A DNA stretch of 63,008 bases, counting the filler, from Octopus bimaculoides (Eukaryota), in the NCBI RefSeq assembly GCF_001194135.2. It is 4 parts of 4 records of this genome, joined end to end, with 100 filler letters (N's around TTAATTAATTAA, not from the genome) between each part and the next. Parts side by side here need not be neighbours in the genome. Positions count along the whole stretch, not along the records: positions 43,687 to 54,949 come from NC_068983.1; positions 55,050 to 63,008 come from NC_068985.1; 2 more parts are not named here. One strand, written 5' to 3'. Each line of letters begins with the position of its first letter. The stretch's first letter is position 1. Of the stretch, positions 50,785-62,113 are shown one piece after another. The notes beneath the pieces are model-generated. The model was not told where the DNA came from. It ran no database searches and saw only the letters and a list, made by a program, of their open reading frames with translations. The translations under genes and the position numbers were made by a program.

Positions 50785-51200
50785 CAGCAGAACTGTTTGC
50801 ACACCGGGCAAAATGCTTAGTGGTATTTCGTCTGCCTTTATGTTCTGAGTTCAAATTCCGACGAGATCGACTGTGCTTTTTACCCTACGAGATCGATAAA
50901 ATAAGTACCAGCTGAACACTGGTACCGGTGTAATCGAATTTACACTTTTTCCGAACTTGCTGGCCTTGTGCCAAAATTTGAAACTAATATTTGTTACAGA
51001 ATTAGAGCAACGGACTAGCAAAATCGTCAGAGTGTCGAATTTTAACGGCATTTCTTCCGACCCTTTACATTCTTACATTCTGAGTGCAATTCCCCTTGTC
51101 AAGATCGCCAAGATGAGTATCAACCATATACTGCAGGTCGACTTCATTGAATAACTCCTCACCCCATCTCCTAAACCTGTTGACTTTCTGCTAAAATTTG
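50785..51200 (+). mobile_element. Two tandem SINE family B copies
   Basis: Family motifs at about 50790-50985 and, more decayed, at 51000-51200. Confidence 0.75.
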
Positions 51201-51299
51201 AAGCTATTAAAGGAAGAATACATTGGATGTTTGTTAACAAGTTGATAGCTCTTTGTCCCTTTCTTTCGCTGTAACAAAAGTTTAGTACTTAGCGAGTTT

Positions 51300-52000
51300 A
51301 TTCCTTGATTCGATTGATACAAAAGATTATTTTTAATCTTCTAACTAACGAACAATAATTCTTTTTGGATAGACTTGTGACTGCTGAAGAAAAATGAGTC
51401 GTAAACAGTGGCTTATGAAAAGGGAAAATGTTCAACCACAACCGAGAAGGGAACTTCACGGGAAAGAGGTTCTTCTCTCTATCTGGTGGGATTGCAAAGG
51501 AGTAATTCACTTTGAATTGTTACCACCTAATGCAACAATCAATGCTCAAGTCTATCGTCAGCACTTAGAGCGTTTGAAGCAAGCTCTGAAGAAAAAAAAA
51601 GACCCACTTTAGTGAATCGAAAAGGAGTGATGTTTCATCAGGACAATGCCCGACCCCACACTGCAAAGATCACATCACAGAAGATCGAAGAACTTGGTTG
51701 GGAAAAATTCCTCATCCACCTTACTCTCCTTCAGGCTACCATTTGATTCGTAGTTTACAGAATCATTTGGGGGACATAACTTTCACAAGCCAGGAGGAGG
51801 TCGAAACTGACATTTCAGAATTCTTCACTTTGAAACCAAAAGAGTTTTACATAGATGGGATTTAAAAGTTTGTAAGTAGATGGAAGGAAGTCATAGATAA
51901 TCAGGGAAAGTACATTGATGATTAAATTTCAATTAAATATAACATTTGAATACTTGTTTTCATTATTCAAAATTTGGACAGAACTTATGGGATGACCTGA
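51300..52000 (+). pseudogene. Mariner (DD34D-type) transposase 3' half with right TIR, frameshifted
   Basis: FLDRLVTAEEK (cf. TGDEKW), LHGKEVLLSIWWDCKGVIHFELLPPNATINAQVYRQHLERL, VMFHQDNARPHTAKITSQKIEELGWE, decayed YSP/DYHLF region, FY..GI..FVSRWKEVIDNQGKYIDD*. Terminus gaacttatgggatgacctga followed by TA. Confidence 0.9.
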
Positions 52001-52673
52001 TATAACACTACATCTATCGTTCTCGATTCAACAAGCTGGATTCAACACTGCAAAACTAAAAAACATTGCCGTCAGTTTTACAGTGTTACCACCATGTTTA
52101 ATGGTAGTCTTTGTCATAATGAATATTTCCGTTCACTTTTAGATGGAAGATGTCGTCCATTAATAAGTGCCTTGGACATGCACACTGTGCACTGTTAGTG
52201 ACAAAAAAAAAAAAAACTCTGAAAATCCTTTCACTGTTTGTCCGAATGATGGCACACCAAAATGTTAATCACTGGTTATTCTCTTATTAATATATAGGTA
52301 CCCATCACAAGTCAGCATACACACACACACACACACACACATGTATGTATATATTTATATCTGTATGTGTGTGTGTGTGAAAGGAACACGCACAGCTTAA
52401 TTNNNNNNNNNNNNNNNNNNNNNNNNNNNNNNNNNNNNNNNNNNNNNNNNNNNNNNNNNNNNNNNNNNNNNNNNNNNNNNNNNNNNNNNNNNNNNNNNNN
52501 NNNNNNNNNNNNNNNNNNNNNNNNNNNNNNNNNNNNNNNNNNNNNNNNNNNNNNNNNNNNNNNNNNNNNNNNNNNNNNNNNNNNNNNNNNNNNNNNNNNN
52601 NNNNNNNNNNNNNNNNNNNNNNNNNNNNNNNNNNNNNNNNNNNNNNNNNNNNNNNNNNNNNNNNNNNNNNNNN

Positions 52674-52891
52674 TGAGTAATTGACAATTTTGTGCGACGT
52701 ATGCAAGTGTTTGCGTGACGTATGCCATTTGGAGCATATTTCGAAAAGATCATGATTTTTATACAAAGAGAATGATTATACACAGACCGAGGTTTAAATC
52801 CAGCAGATTTCTTGAAATTTGCTGGACCTTTGTAGGATTTAATAAAATTTTTATGGGTTCTGGTTTTTTCTTGGGGGGGGGGGTCACCCTG
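52674..52891. mobile_element. Tc1/mariner-like non-autonomous terminus
   Basis: Ends ggtcaccctg followed by TA (CAGGGTGACC-type TIR). The other end is probably in or before the gap. Confidence 0.5.
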
Positions 52892-53419
52892 TACTTCGGT
52901 GTTTTAATATTTTTGTCCTCAAAACAGTCAGTACTTCCCCAATCAAATAGAGCTATGGTCAACGACATTCCAGCTATGACCATTTAGTCTGTTTTTTTTT
53001 TTATTTCATTTCCTCCACTTCTCTCTGTAAGACGACACACTGCGATATGAAAAAAAAAGCTGTTTATAGATCAGGCAACTATGTAATGACTTCCCACTTG
53101 GCTCTGTTTTTTTGAGTTGTTTTCCGTTTATGTTTACAGAGCAATTGCAATTTCTATTAACTGTAATGTCTTAAGACAGATACTATTACATAATGCGGTA
53201 TATCTAGTCGAAAATAGACCGTACATGTTAGTGAAAATGATATGTAATACGTGTAATTGCTAAACATTGCTAAACAGTCGCAATGCACAAAGAAGCATCA
53301 ATATTTTTCTTCAAAAGCCTGCATCCTCAAAATGAAGCAAGCCAATACGTGTGAAGACTTTCCAACATTACTTTTGTTTCTGCTAGTCTAATGCTAATGT
53401 TTCTTAGAATTAATACAGT

Positions 53420-53730
53420 GTAAGGCAGAATTGTTAAAGCAACGAATAAAAATGTATTACAGTATTTGTTTCAGCTCTTTACGTTTAGAATTCAAATCAT
53501 GCCGAGGTTGACTTTGCTGTTACCTTTTCAAGGTCGATAACATAAAAAGTCAGTGAAGGGCAGCGGATTGGAGGAATTATTAGAAATGACAACATAAAGT
53601 GCCTTGCGGTATTTGTTCCAGCTCTCTACATTCTGAGTTCGAATACCCTGGAAAGAAATTAATCTTGTTATGTGTCCTTCTGGGTCGATAAAATAAATTA
53701 CCAGTTAAAATACTGGGATGCAGCCCTATA
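53420..53730 (+). mobile_element. Two tandem decayed SINE family B copies
   Basis: ggcagaattgtt..ttcaaatcatgccgaggttgactttgc..ggtcgataa; second copy at about 53575-53720. Confidence 0.7.
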
Positions 53731-54904
53731 CGTCCTCTCCACAGTGTGTAGAATGCGAAAGTTTGAGAAAGTATCTTTATCTTCTCGCGACTCTACGGGC
53801 GACTAGAACAGGAAAGACGCCATGCTGCATGATCCTACAGGTTATATTTCAATTGAGAGATACGACCTAACTATGCCTAGTTACGAACCTAGCCGAGGAT
53901 ATACTGTGTATAACAAAGTCCAGAATTCCTTGCGATATTTAACCACTTCCTGATTTCAAATTTCCTCAAGACTGACTTTGCCTCATCCATATTTTCAAGA
54001 CCAATTAAATTGATAGCAGCCATGTAATGGGGACACTATCATAGACAACTTTTTTTTTTACCTTGTACTTATATTATAAATCAGTATGTATTAACACAAG
54101 CTAAAATTTGTGGAAAATTAACGTCTGTAGTATGTTATACCCAGTGTTTCCAAGAAACATTGGACACACTGGGTATTTGTTCCGACACTAACGGTTTCCT
54201 GTAGTTACATTGCTTTTGGTAAGAAAAACCAATAAGAATAATAACATCTTTAGATTTGAAATTTTGATTTCCTTCACCAAATATTAATCTGTATTTGAAC
54301 ATTTCTTGTGCAATACTTGAAAGTCAAAAGGATTAATTACTTACATCCATAAATTCCGCTTTGATGTACAATGAATTAAGTTCGTATAACACTTTGATAG
54401 CGAATAACAGAGGCTGTGTGAAGTATTATAAAAGATGCTACGAGAAGTATTATAACAGAGATTAAAATATATACTATTATTGAAATAAAAGTACTGGATG
54501 AATACACAGATTGTAACACTACAATAAATTACTTTTAGTATTATACTTTCTTGATTATTTCTGTATTAACTGCAAGTGTGTCTTTTAACTATTAATGTCG
54601 TCTTTATCAAGAATATCCCTCAGAAATAATGTCGTTATTCTTCAGGTGTGTTTCGTTATAAACTTTTTTTTTTCTGACAGAATAATAAGCTTAACTCAGA
54701 CATGCCATCTTCCTTTGACACATTTTTTACTTCCGTTTTTCTGTATGGCATTTCTTGAATATCCAAGCTGCTGTAACAGTTGTCTTTCGACATATATCTT
54801 ATTTTATGGCAAATACTAGATGTATATATATGTCTTGTATTTATGTCATATAATTATTTTCTTTTCTGCATTTTAGAATCTGTCACCTCTACTTCTAAAC
54901 AAAT

Positions 54905-54949
<45 letters not shown>

Positions 54950-55049
54950 NNNNNNNNNNNNNNNNNNNNNNNNNNNNNNNNNNNNNNNNNNNNTTAATTA
55001 ATTAANNNNNNNNNNNNNNNNNNNNNNNNNNNNNNNNNNNNNNNNNNNN

Positions 55050-55437
55050 GTCCATAAACAAATCTCAGGGTCAAACACTGTCTGTAGCTGGTCTTCTCTT
55101 GGAAGAGCCCTGCTTCTCACATGGACAACTGTATGTTGGCTGCCCAAGAGTGGGCAGCAAAAAAAACCTATTTGTATATGCTCCACAAGGGAAAACAAGG
55201 AACATTGTTTACAACGAGGTGTTATAATCACAACAGCAAGAAAGTATGTACATGATCACCTTCTTTTACGAAACTTCATTGACTTTCATATATTTATATT
55301 GATATACATACATATACGTGTGTTTGAGTGTGTGTGTGAATATACATCTCTATATATAAAGATGATGCGTAGTCTAGACGGCGTTTTTAGATTTCATTAT
55401 TCTCTTAAACCCGGGCAACACCGGGTATTTCTGCTAG
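55050..55437 (+). mobile_element. Helitron 3' end: helicase C-terminus (55051-55227), subterminal hairpin and CTAG terminus
   Basis: Open frame SINKSQGQTLSVAGLLLEEPCFSHGQLYVGCPRVGSKKNLFVYAPQGKTRNIVYNEVL*; hairpin acccgg-gcaaca-ccgggt at 55409-55426; CTAG at 55434-55437 followed by T. Confidence 0.92.
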
Positions 55438-57056
55438 TCTCTTTTATTCCTTACATTCAAACTATAATGGTATTTCAGAAGTGATATAATTAAAGTGAGG
55501 CAGAATCACTAAAATAAGTTAATACTAGTTTTAATTGTAACTATGCTCAAGTACTTTAAATGGAGATTGTGTTGGAGAAATTTGATATTAATCTACATTT
55601 AATTACAATTTATCATAGGGAGTTTAAATGGACAAGATTTATATTACTACCACATATTCAAATTAAGGAGTATTGGTTCCTGCAGCGTGTTTTAAATATA
55701 ACAATATTTAAATAACAGATTGGATGAAATAGAGTTTGTAATCATTATTTATTCGATAACCCACACAGACACTTATACTCACAGACATACATAAAGACAG
55801 TTTTATCTAACAGCAATAACAATGAACAGAATCTTTAATTATCCACTGTCAATATAAAATCACATCAAAATATTAAGAGAAAATAATTGACACTGATGGA
55901 GTAAAAGTAAAATGGTGCATTTAATGAGAATGATAAACTTTGTACTGAAATGATACAAAAATATATGTGCAGAACCAGAAAGAACATGCTAGAAAGAAAT
56001 GGATGGTATGTGGTAACAATGCAAGGGACTGTTGAATGTATGTAATATTATTGTGTTGGGGCTATAAACCAACTAATGATAGGTCTAAAGATTACCAACT
56101 AGCAGGAGAGGAGACTTGATCTTCACAAAAGCAGATACTGTATGCAATAAATTCAATGGATTGATTAACTCTTGTCATGAATATAAGGAAGAGAAAGAAG
56201 ATGATTAAAGAATTTCAGATGGTGAGAAATGAAATAAAATCTTTCAAAAAAATAGTCAATGTTTTACAAATTACAAAAAGATTCTAATTGGTTGGAAATA
56301 AGAAAATAGAAATAAACTCAAGAAATATTTGAAATAAGGAACTGGTTATTGGAAGAAATATGCATGAAGCAGAATGCAAAAAGGTTTGTGTAGATGGTTG
56401 AGTGAATGACATTGGTGTGATGTACGTGTGTATGTGGGGTGAATTAAATGGCCTTAAAAAAAAAAGAGAAAAAAACAAGACAAAACTATTAGACAACAGC
56501 TAATTGAAGTAACAGAGAGCCAACAGGGAGATCTGTGCAACACTCTTACATACCAGATGGTGAGCCGTCACTATAATTGGTACCTGCAAGAGTGGGCAGA
56601 ATAAACTGAACATGAGTAGCTCAGGGAGAGCACACTATAACAGACACCAATGCAGACACAACCAAACATCATCTCTACTATATTAAGGAGAGATTAAGCA
56701 GAAACAAAAATAAACTTGTTTTACATAAATTATTGCAGAAGATATTTTATCAAAGAGTTCATCTTTAGAGATCTGATACTAATAATTAACTTCTTTTTAT
56801 AAATATTTAAAACAAGCAAAGTTACTTGGTGAGATTCTATTGTCAGTAGAAATAGGAAACAGCAAGAGAGTCATGAGCTGGAATGATGGAACACTGTGGA
56901 CACAAACTAACAACAGGCAAAGAAACATTTATATAGAAGTGAATTTAAGAATTGTTCTGTAGTACAAGAGGTAACACTGCTCTATGTTTTAGAGATGAGG
57001 AATTCTGTACATTATTTACATTGGACGGATATGTGTCCTCATCTTGTTTGTTGTTA

Positions 57057-57100
57057 ACACAACTTTTCGGCTGATTTACTCTCCAGCCTTCATCAGGTGT
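57057..57100 (-). ncRNA. Minimal type I hammerhead-ribozyme motif
   Basis: ACAC CTGATGA A GGCTG gagagtaaat CAGCC GAAA AG TT GTGT. Helix I ACAC/GTGT, core CUGAUGA, 5-bp helix II, GAAA. Helix III would be the AACGTT palindrome but carries a C>A change. Confidence 0.7.
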
Positions 57101-57330
57101 CCTGGTAGAATTTTGAACCCAACCTTGGTTCTCATTCCTAAGGTACTTTTTTTACTGATGTTCATATTATTATTATCATTTATTCAAGGCACTGCCAGGA
57201 ATTAAACTCACAGTCTTGGGGTTAGTAGCCCATGCTCTTAACCATTACGCAGTGCCTTGAATAAATAATAATAATATCAACAAAAAAATACCTTGGGAAT
57301 ACCCAGGATTGGGTTCAAAATTCTACCAGG

Positions 57331-57374
57331 ACACCTGATGAAGGCTGGAGAGTAAATCAGCGAAAACATTGTAG
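57331..57374 (+). ncRNA. Second, more decayed hammerhead motif (inverted arm)
   Basis: ACAC CTGATGA A GGCTG gagagtaaat CAGC GAAA ACATT GTAG. Confidence 0.55.
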
Positions 57375-58759
57375 CAACAACAAACAAGATGAGGACACAT
57401 ATCCATCCCATGTAAATAATATAAATAACGTAAAGAGGTAACACTGTCACCTGCTATGCTAAAGGTATATGATTCAAACCAACCCACTGAGCCTGTTGTT
57501 CTGTTCCCTATTTCAAATCAATTAGTGTTTATGATATCTAATATTGTTTAGTTTGTTTTTATGTTTTAACCATAACTTTTATCTCAAGAAACAAAATGAT
57601 AAAGATGTTTTATTAAACTAAACATTAAATGATTTCAATTAGATTTTATTTGTTTATCTGATTTCTAATAAACAATAACACATTAACTGAAATCTCAACA
57701 ACCAAACAGTCTGTTCTGGAAAAGCAGGATACAGCTCAGCATTTTCTATAGAATTATTCTTTTATTCGTTTCAAAGGCCAAGTTAGAGCACAACATGTGG
57801 AATATGTTCAATTTCATTGAAACCGCCCCCACTTCTCAGTATTTATTTTATCAACTTCAGAAGGATGAAAGGCAAATTGGATTTGAGCTGGATGATTTGA
57901 ACACAGAATGTAAAGAGAAATAAAGACATCTTGTATAATGCTCTGCCAGTTCACACACCATTTTAAATCTGTTTATTTCTCTATTTTTATTTCTCAGAAT
58001 CATCATGAAAAAAAAAATATTTTAAATAAATCTCAATACTTCAGTAAAATTGAAATATTCTCTAGTTAACCTGTAGATATTGAAAAGTGAAGTGGTAGAT
58101 GTACAGTTACAAAACTAATAGTCTCCATCTACTCTGTCACAGATAGTCCAATGTGTTTACACTGATATATAGTCTTTATCATAGCTTATAGTGACATACA
58201 GACTTTATCTATGTGTTGGGACATATACTTACATAACATATAGACTGAATCACAAGTTCTTACAATATGTTTGTTATACAAGAAACTCATATTACACTTT
58301 CATAGCCACAGTATGAGGTTACAAAACAATAGTAACAGTATGGCATATAGTCTTTATCTTAGACATAGTTATCATTTAGAAACCTTTCTGTAAAAATATA
58401 ACAGCAACACTGTGACAGATAAACAGCTACAACACGAGAGCTTGCTGACCATACCATGACAGTTTCAGAGTCACATCATGACAGTCTTTTAGTTACAATG
58501 TTACAGTTCACAAGATAAAGAGGAAAGATGAATAGTCAGAGTGTGAGAGTTTGAGAGCTTCAATAAGTTATGTTTCATTATTCCAAGTTCCCACTGTTAC
58601 TTTGTTCCAACAACATAGAAGAACCAACATCATCCAATCTCACAATATTTTACTTGACAGTAAGCCATTTCTTTTCACACCCACACACAATGATCCACCT
58701 AACATCAGGAGTAAATAGTTTCCACAGAGTTTCTCTCTATAATAACATTCTATGATGAA

Positions 58760-58994
58760 TTACAAAATACACTTACTAGAGAGTTCATCATAAATTTCAC
58801 TACTGGGTCTTTCTGATTCACTATCTGACGACCGAGGAGAAAGAGTCCGTCGTGAAGTTGGTGGTGTTGGTAACATGTACTTCTGTTTCCGTGATGATTG
58901 TTTAGGTTTCAAGCCTGCCCGACGCACTGTCTTCATCAATGTTTTCTTGGCAAGCTGTCTGAAATCAACACTGCTGTTTTCCATAACTTCTGCC
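58760..58994 (-). CDS. Terminal coding exon of an unidentified gene (..K AEVMENSSVDFRQLAKK..ELSSKCIL*)
   Basis: Acceptor cacttctccAG at 58996-58995. Its first base completes the AA|G Lys codon from the upstream exon. Open to the stop at 58760. Confidence 0.72.
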
Positions 58995-59170
58995 CTGGAG
59001 AAGTGATATAGTTATAGACCAATAAATTAACATCACAAATTATTGAACTGATATACCAGCCAAATACAGTAATACACCAACTACATCCATCAATATACCA
59101 ACCAAATACATTAACACATTAACGAATTGTTATATTTCTTTCACTGAAGAGTTACTATGTAAATACTTAC

Positions 59171-59355
59171 TTCAGAGTGGAACTTTTTTCTTTTGATTTG
59201 TGCAGTGGTGTTGGCTGTAAAGTACTTGAGTAAGGATGTTGGTTAAAAGTGAAAGTGTCAAACACTCTTGCAGGATTGCGCATCTTATGCAACAGTTTAC
59301 GGAGAGTCTCCACATCATCAGAGCTAACTTCCTCATCAAAGACAATCTTCATTAA
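59171..59355 (-). CDS. Penultimate coding exon of the same gene (LMKIVFDEEVSSDDVETLRKLLHKMRNPARVFD..KSSTLK)
   Basis: Acceptor ttgtttgttttatAG, donor GTAAGT at 59170-59165, length 185 (3n+2), phase-compatible with the next exon. Confidence 0.72.
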
Positions 59356-59542
59356 CTATAAAACAAACAAACATTAACTTCAAATGAGTTTGCTTTCTCT
59401 TTTTTTTTACACTATTTTATGATTAGTTCAACCCCCACCCCAACCCATGTAACAACACCTATCTGCCACTTTCTCTTGCTTGTCCAGTCTCATCCATACA
59501 TACATACGTAATACACACACATATATACATATATATATATAG

Positions 59543-59598
<56 letters not shown>

Positions 59599-60170
59599 AT
59601 ATATACATAGATATACACACACACACACACACATATATATNNNNNNNNNNNNNNNNNNNNNNNNNNNNNNNNNNNNNNNNNNNNNNNNNNNNNNNNNNNN
59701 NNNNNNNNNNNNNNNNNNNNNNNNNNNNNNNNNNNNNNNNNNNNNNNNNNNNNNNNNNNNNNNNNNNNNNNNNNNNNNNNNNNNNNNNNNNNNNNNNNNN
59801 NNNNNNNNNNNNNNNNNNNNNNNNNNNNNNNNNNNNNNNNNNNNNNNNNNNNNNNNNNNNNNNNNNNNNNNNNNNNNNNNNNNNNNNNNNNNNNNNNNNN
59901 NNNNNNNNNNNNNNNNNNNNNNNNNNNNNNNNNNNNNNNNNNNNNNNNNNNNNNNNNNNNNNNNNNNNNNNNNNNNNNNNNNNNNNNNNNNNNNNNNNNN
60001 NNNNNNNNNNNNNNNNNNNNNNNNNNNNNNNNNNNNNNNNNNNNNNNNNNNNNNNNNNNNNNNNNNNNNNNNNNNNNNNNNNNNNNNNNNNNNNNNNNNN
60101 NNNNNNNNNNNNNNNNNNNNNNNNNNNNNNNNNNNNNNNNNNNATATATATATATATATATATATATATA

Positions 60171-60640
60171 CAGGGTATCCAGGCTAAATTGGACAGTTTG
60201 CACAAGAGGAAAAGAAAACAATATGCCTTCCAAAAATAATATTTTAAAAAATTAAAAAATATCAACTACATTATTACTGAGAGATAACAATTTACTCAAA
60301 GTAGCTGCCCTCAGCTTCTACCATGGCCTCGAAATGGCTCTAGAACCTGGTGCATGTGTTCCTCACTGTGTCCCTTGGAAGATCTTTGAATACCTCCTCA
60401 ATCTTGATCACCAGCTTGGCCTTGGTGTTGCAGGCAGAGCAGTTAGTGTCTTTCTCAACTATGCCCCACATATAGTAATCCATGGGACTCTTACTGCAGG
60501 TATGCCAAGGAGCTAAATCCTGCTGCCACACATGTGGCTTTCCAGCAACAACCTTCTTCAATCAAAGATTTCCAGTCTCCAGCAGCTTCACATAGCCGTC
60601 TGAATTGAGCCTAAGGCCCTATGTTAATATCAAACAGCAA
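60171..60640 (-). mobile_element. Decayed maT/Tc1-type transposon 3' part
   Basis: MKKVVAGKPHVWQQDLAPWHT..PMDYYMWGIVEKDTNCSACNTKAKL..F; terminus TA-cagggt at 60171. Same family type as 13264-14137. Confidence 0.75.
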
Positions 60641-61173
60641 GAATGAGTGCTCAACACTGTATTGGTGGATAAATATTCTTTATTTCTGGGATAACTAGGC
60701 AACCATTGATTTCATATTGAGAGAGATATCTCTCAACAATTATTCAAGTCAGCTACATGGGATATTGGTATTCATCTCCATCTTGGATAAAGCACAATAA
60801 AATCATGCGAAATCAAATAAGGTATTGCATCTCAAGGGGGAACAACTCCTGAATTATAAATCTCAAGAGGGAACAACTCATGAATTATCTCCCTTATATT
60901 AAATCTGAATTTTATAAATATTAAGTATGAGTTTGAATTTTATAAATAAATAGTGCACACACACATATAACCAAACCTGCATTATGCATATCTAATGAGT
61001 GCTCTTAGAAGTTTATATCTGCATATATGTGTGCGCCTGACTGCAGAGTTTCACATGTGAATTAATAGGATCGTATATTTTTAAGTGTATATTCATTCTT
61101 TCAATCATTTGGTATAATATGCATATGTGCACATACACATACACACACATATATATCTATATATCTATATATC

Positions 61174-61204
<31 letters not shown>

Positions 61205-61222
61205 TAAATACATATCTCTTAC

Positions 61223-61830
61223 AGAGATTTTCTTGACAAGCTAGTTTGCTTGTTGCAAGATCAGTGACTGTATGTCACTTATTTTTCTATATATTGTAAG
61301 CTGGAGTGAACTACTTACTGCTATGTCTAGCCGACAAGTATCCATCACCGAGGATGAACATAAAAAGGTCAAAACCATATGGTCTGGTAGTCTTGGAGCT
61401 AAAATAGCAGTGAGTTCTCTCCCCACTTGCAATATATATCGAGTGCAGAGTGCATTGCTTAACCAACTAGAGGAGGTGTTCTCCTGGGGTTAAAATAGCA
61501 GTATCATCAGTTCCTAGGGAACACCCATGTTTAGGTAGCATTAAACACTACTTGTCAGTATGAATAATGCTTTCATTCCTTATAGAGATTTTCTTGACTA
61601 GCTAGTTTGCATGTTGCAAGATCAGTGACAGTATGTCACTTATTTTTGTATATATTGCAAGTTGAAGTGAACTACTGCTATGTCTAACAGACGAGGATGA
61701 CAATGAAAAGGTTGAAATCATACAGTCTGCTGGTCTCAGGGCCAAAATAAGGAGCTCTTTCTCTGCTCATAGTAATATTGTCGGTTCCTGCATAACACCT
61801 ATGTTTAGGTGGCATTAAACGGTACTTCAT
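61223..61830. repeat. Diverged tandem duplication, period about 361 bp
   Basis: agagattttcttgac.agctagtttgc.tgttgcaagatcagtgac.gtatgtcacttattttt.. starts at 61223 and 61584; both units end cc.atgtttaggt.gcattaaac..tactt. Confidence 0.9.
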
Positions 61831-61844
61831 ACGTATATATATAT

Positions 61845-62056
61845 TCTTTTATTTGTTTACTTGTTTCAGTTATTTGATTGTGCCATGCTGAAGCACTGCC
61901 TTTAGTTGAACATATCAACCCCAGGACTTATACTTTGCAAGCATAGTACTTATTCTATTGGTCTCTTTTACTAAACCATTAAGTTACAGGGACGTAAACA
62001 CACTAACATTGGTTGTCAAGTGATGGTGGCAGGGACAAACACAAATGCACAAATAC

Positions 62057-62113
<57 letters not shown>

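Larger units (their letters stand above)
57011..57420. mobile_element. Fold-back retroelement: tRNA-like Pol III head (minus, 57196-57250) between inverted arms 57011-57195 and 57249-57420
   Basis: The arms are reverse complements with small indels and a perfect 53-bp block (57070-57122 vs 57309-57361). The loop has an A-box-like TAATGGTTAAG and a B-box-like GAGTTTAATTCC on the minus strand. Confidence 0.85.

Noticed and set aside
58760-58774. C-terminal KCIL as a CaaX prenylation motif
   Set aside because: The cysteine is third from the end, not fourth.
60829-60888. 31-bp tandem duplication (similar short duplications at about 19257-19295 and 41845-41882)
   Set aside because: Ordinary slippage products; no repeat-spacer array and nothing CRISPR-like in this eukaryotic DNA.
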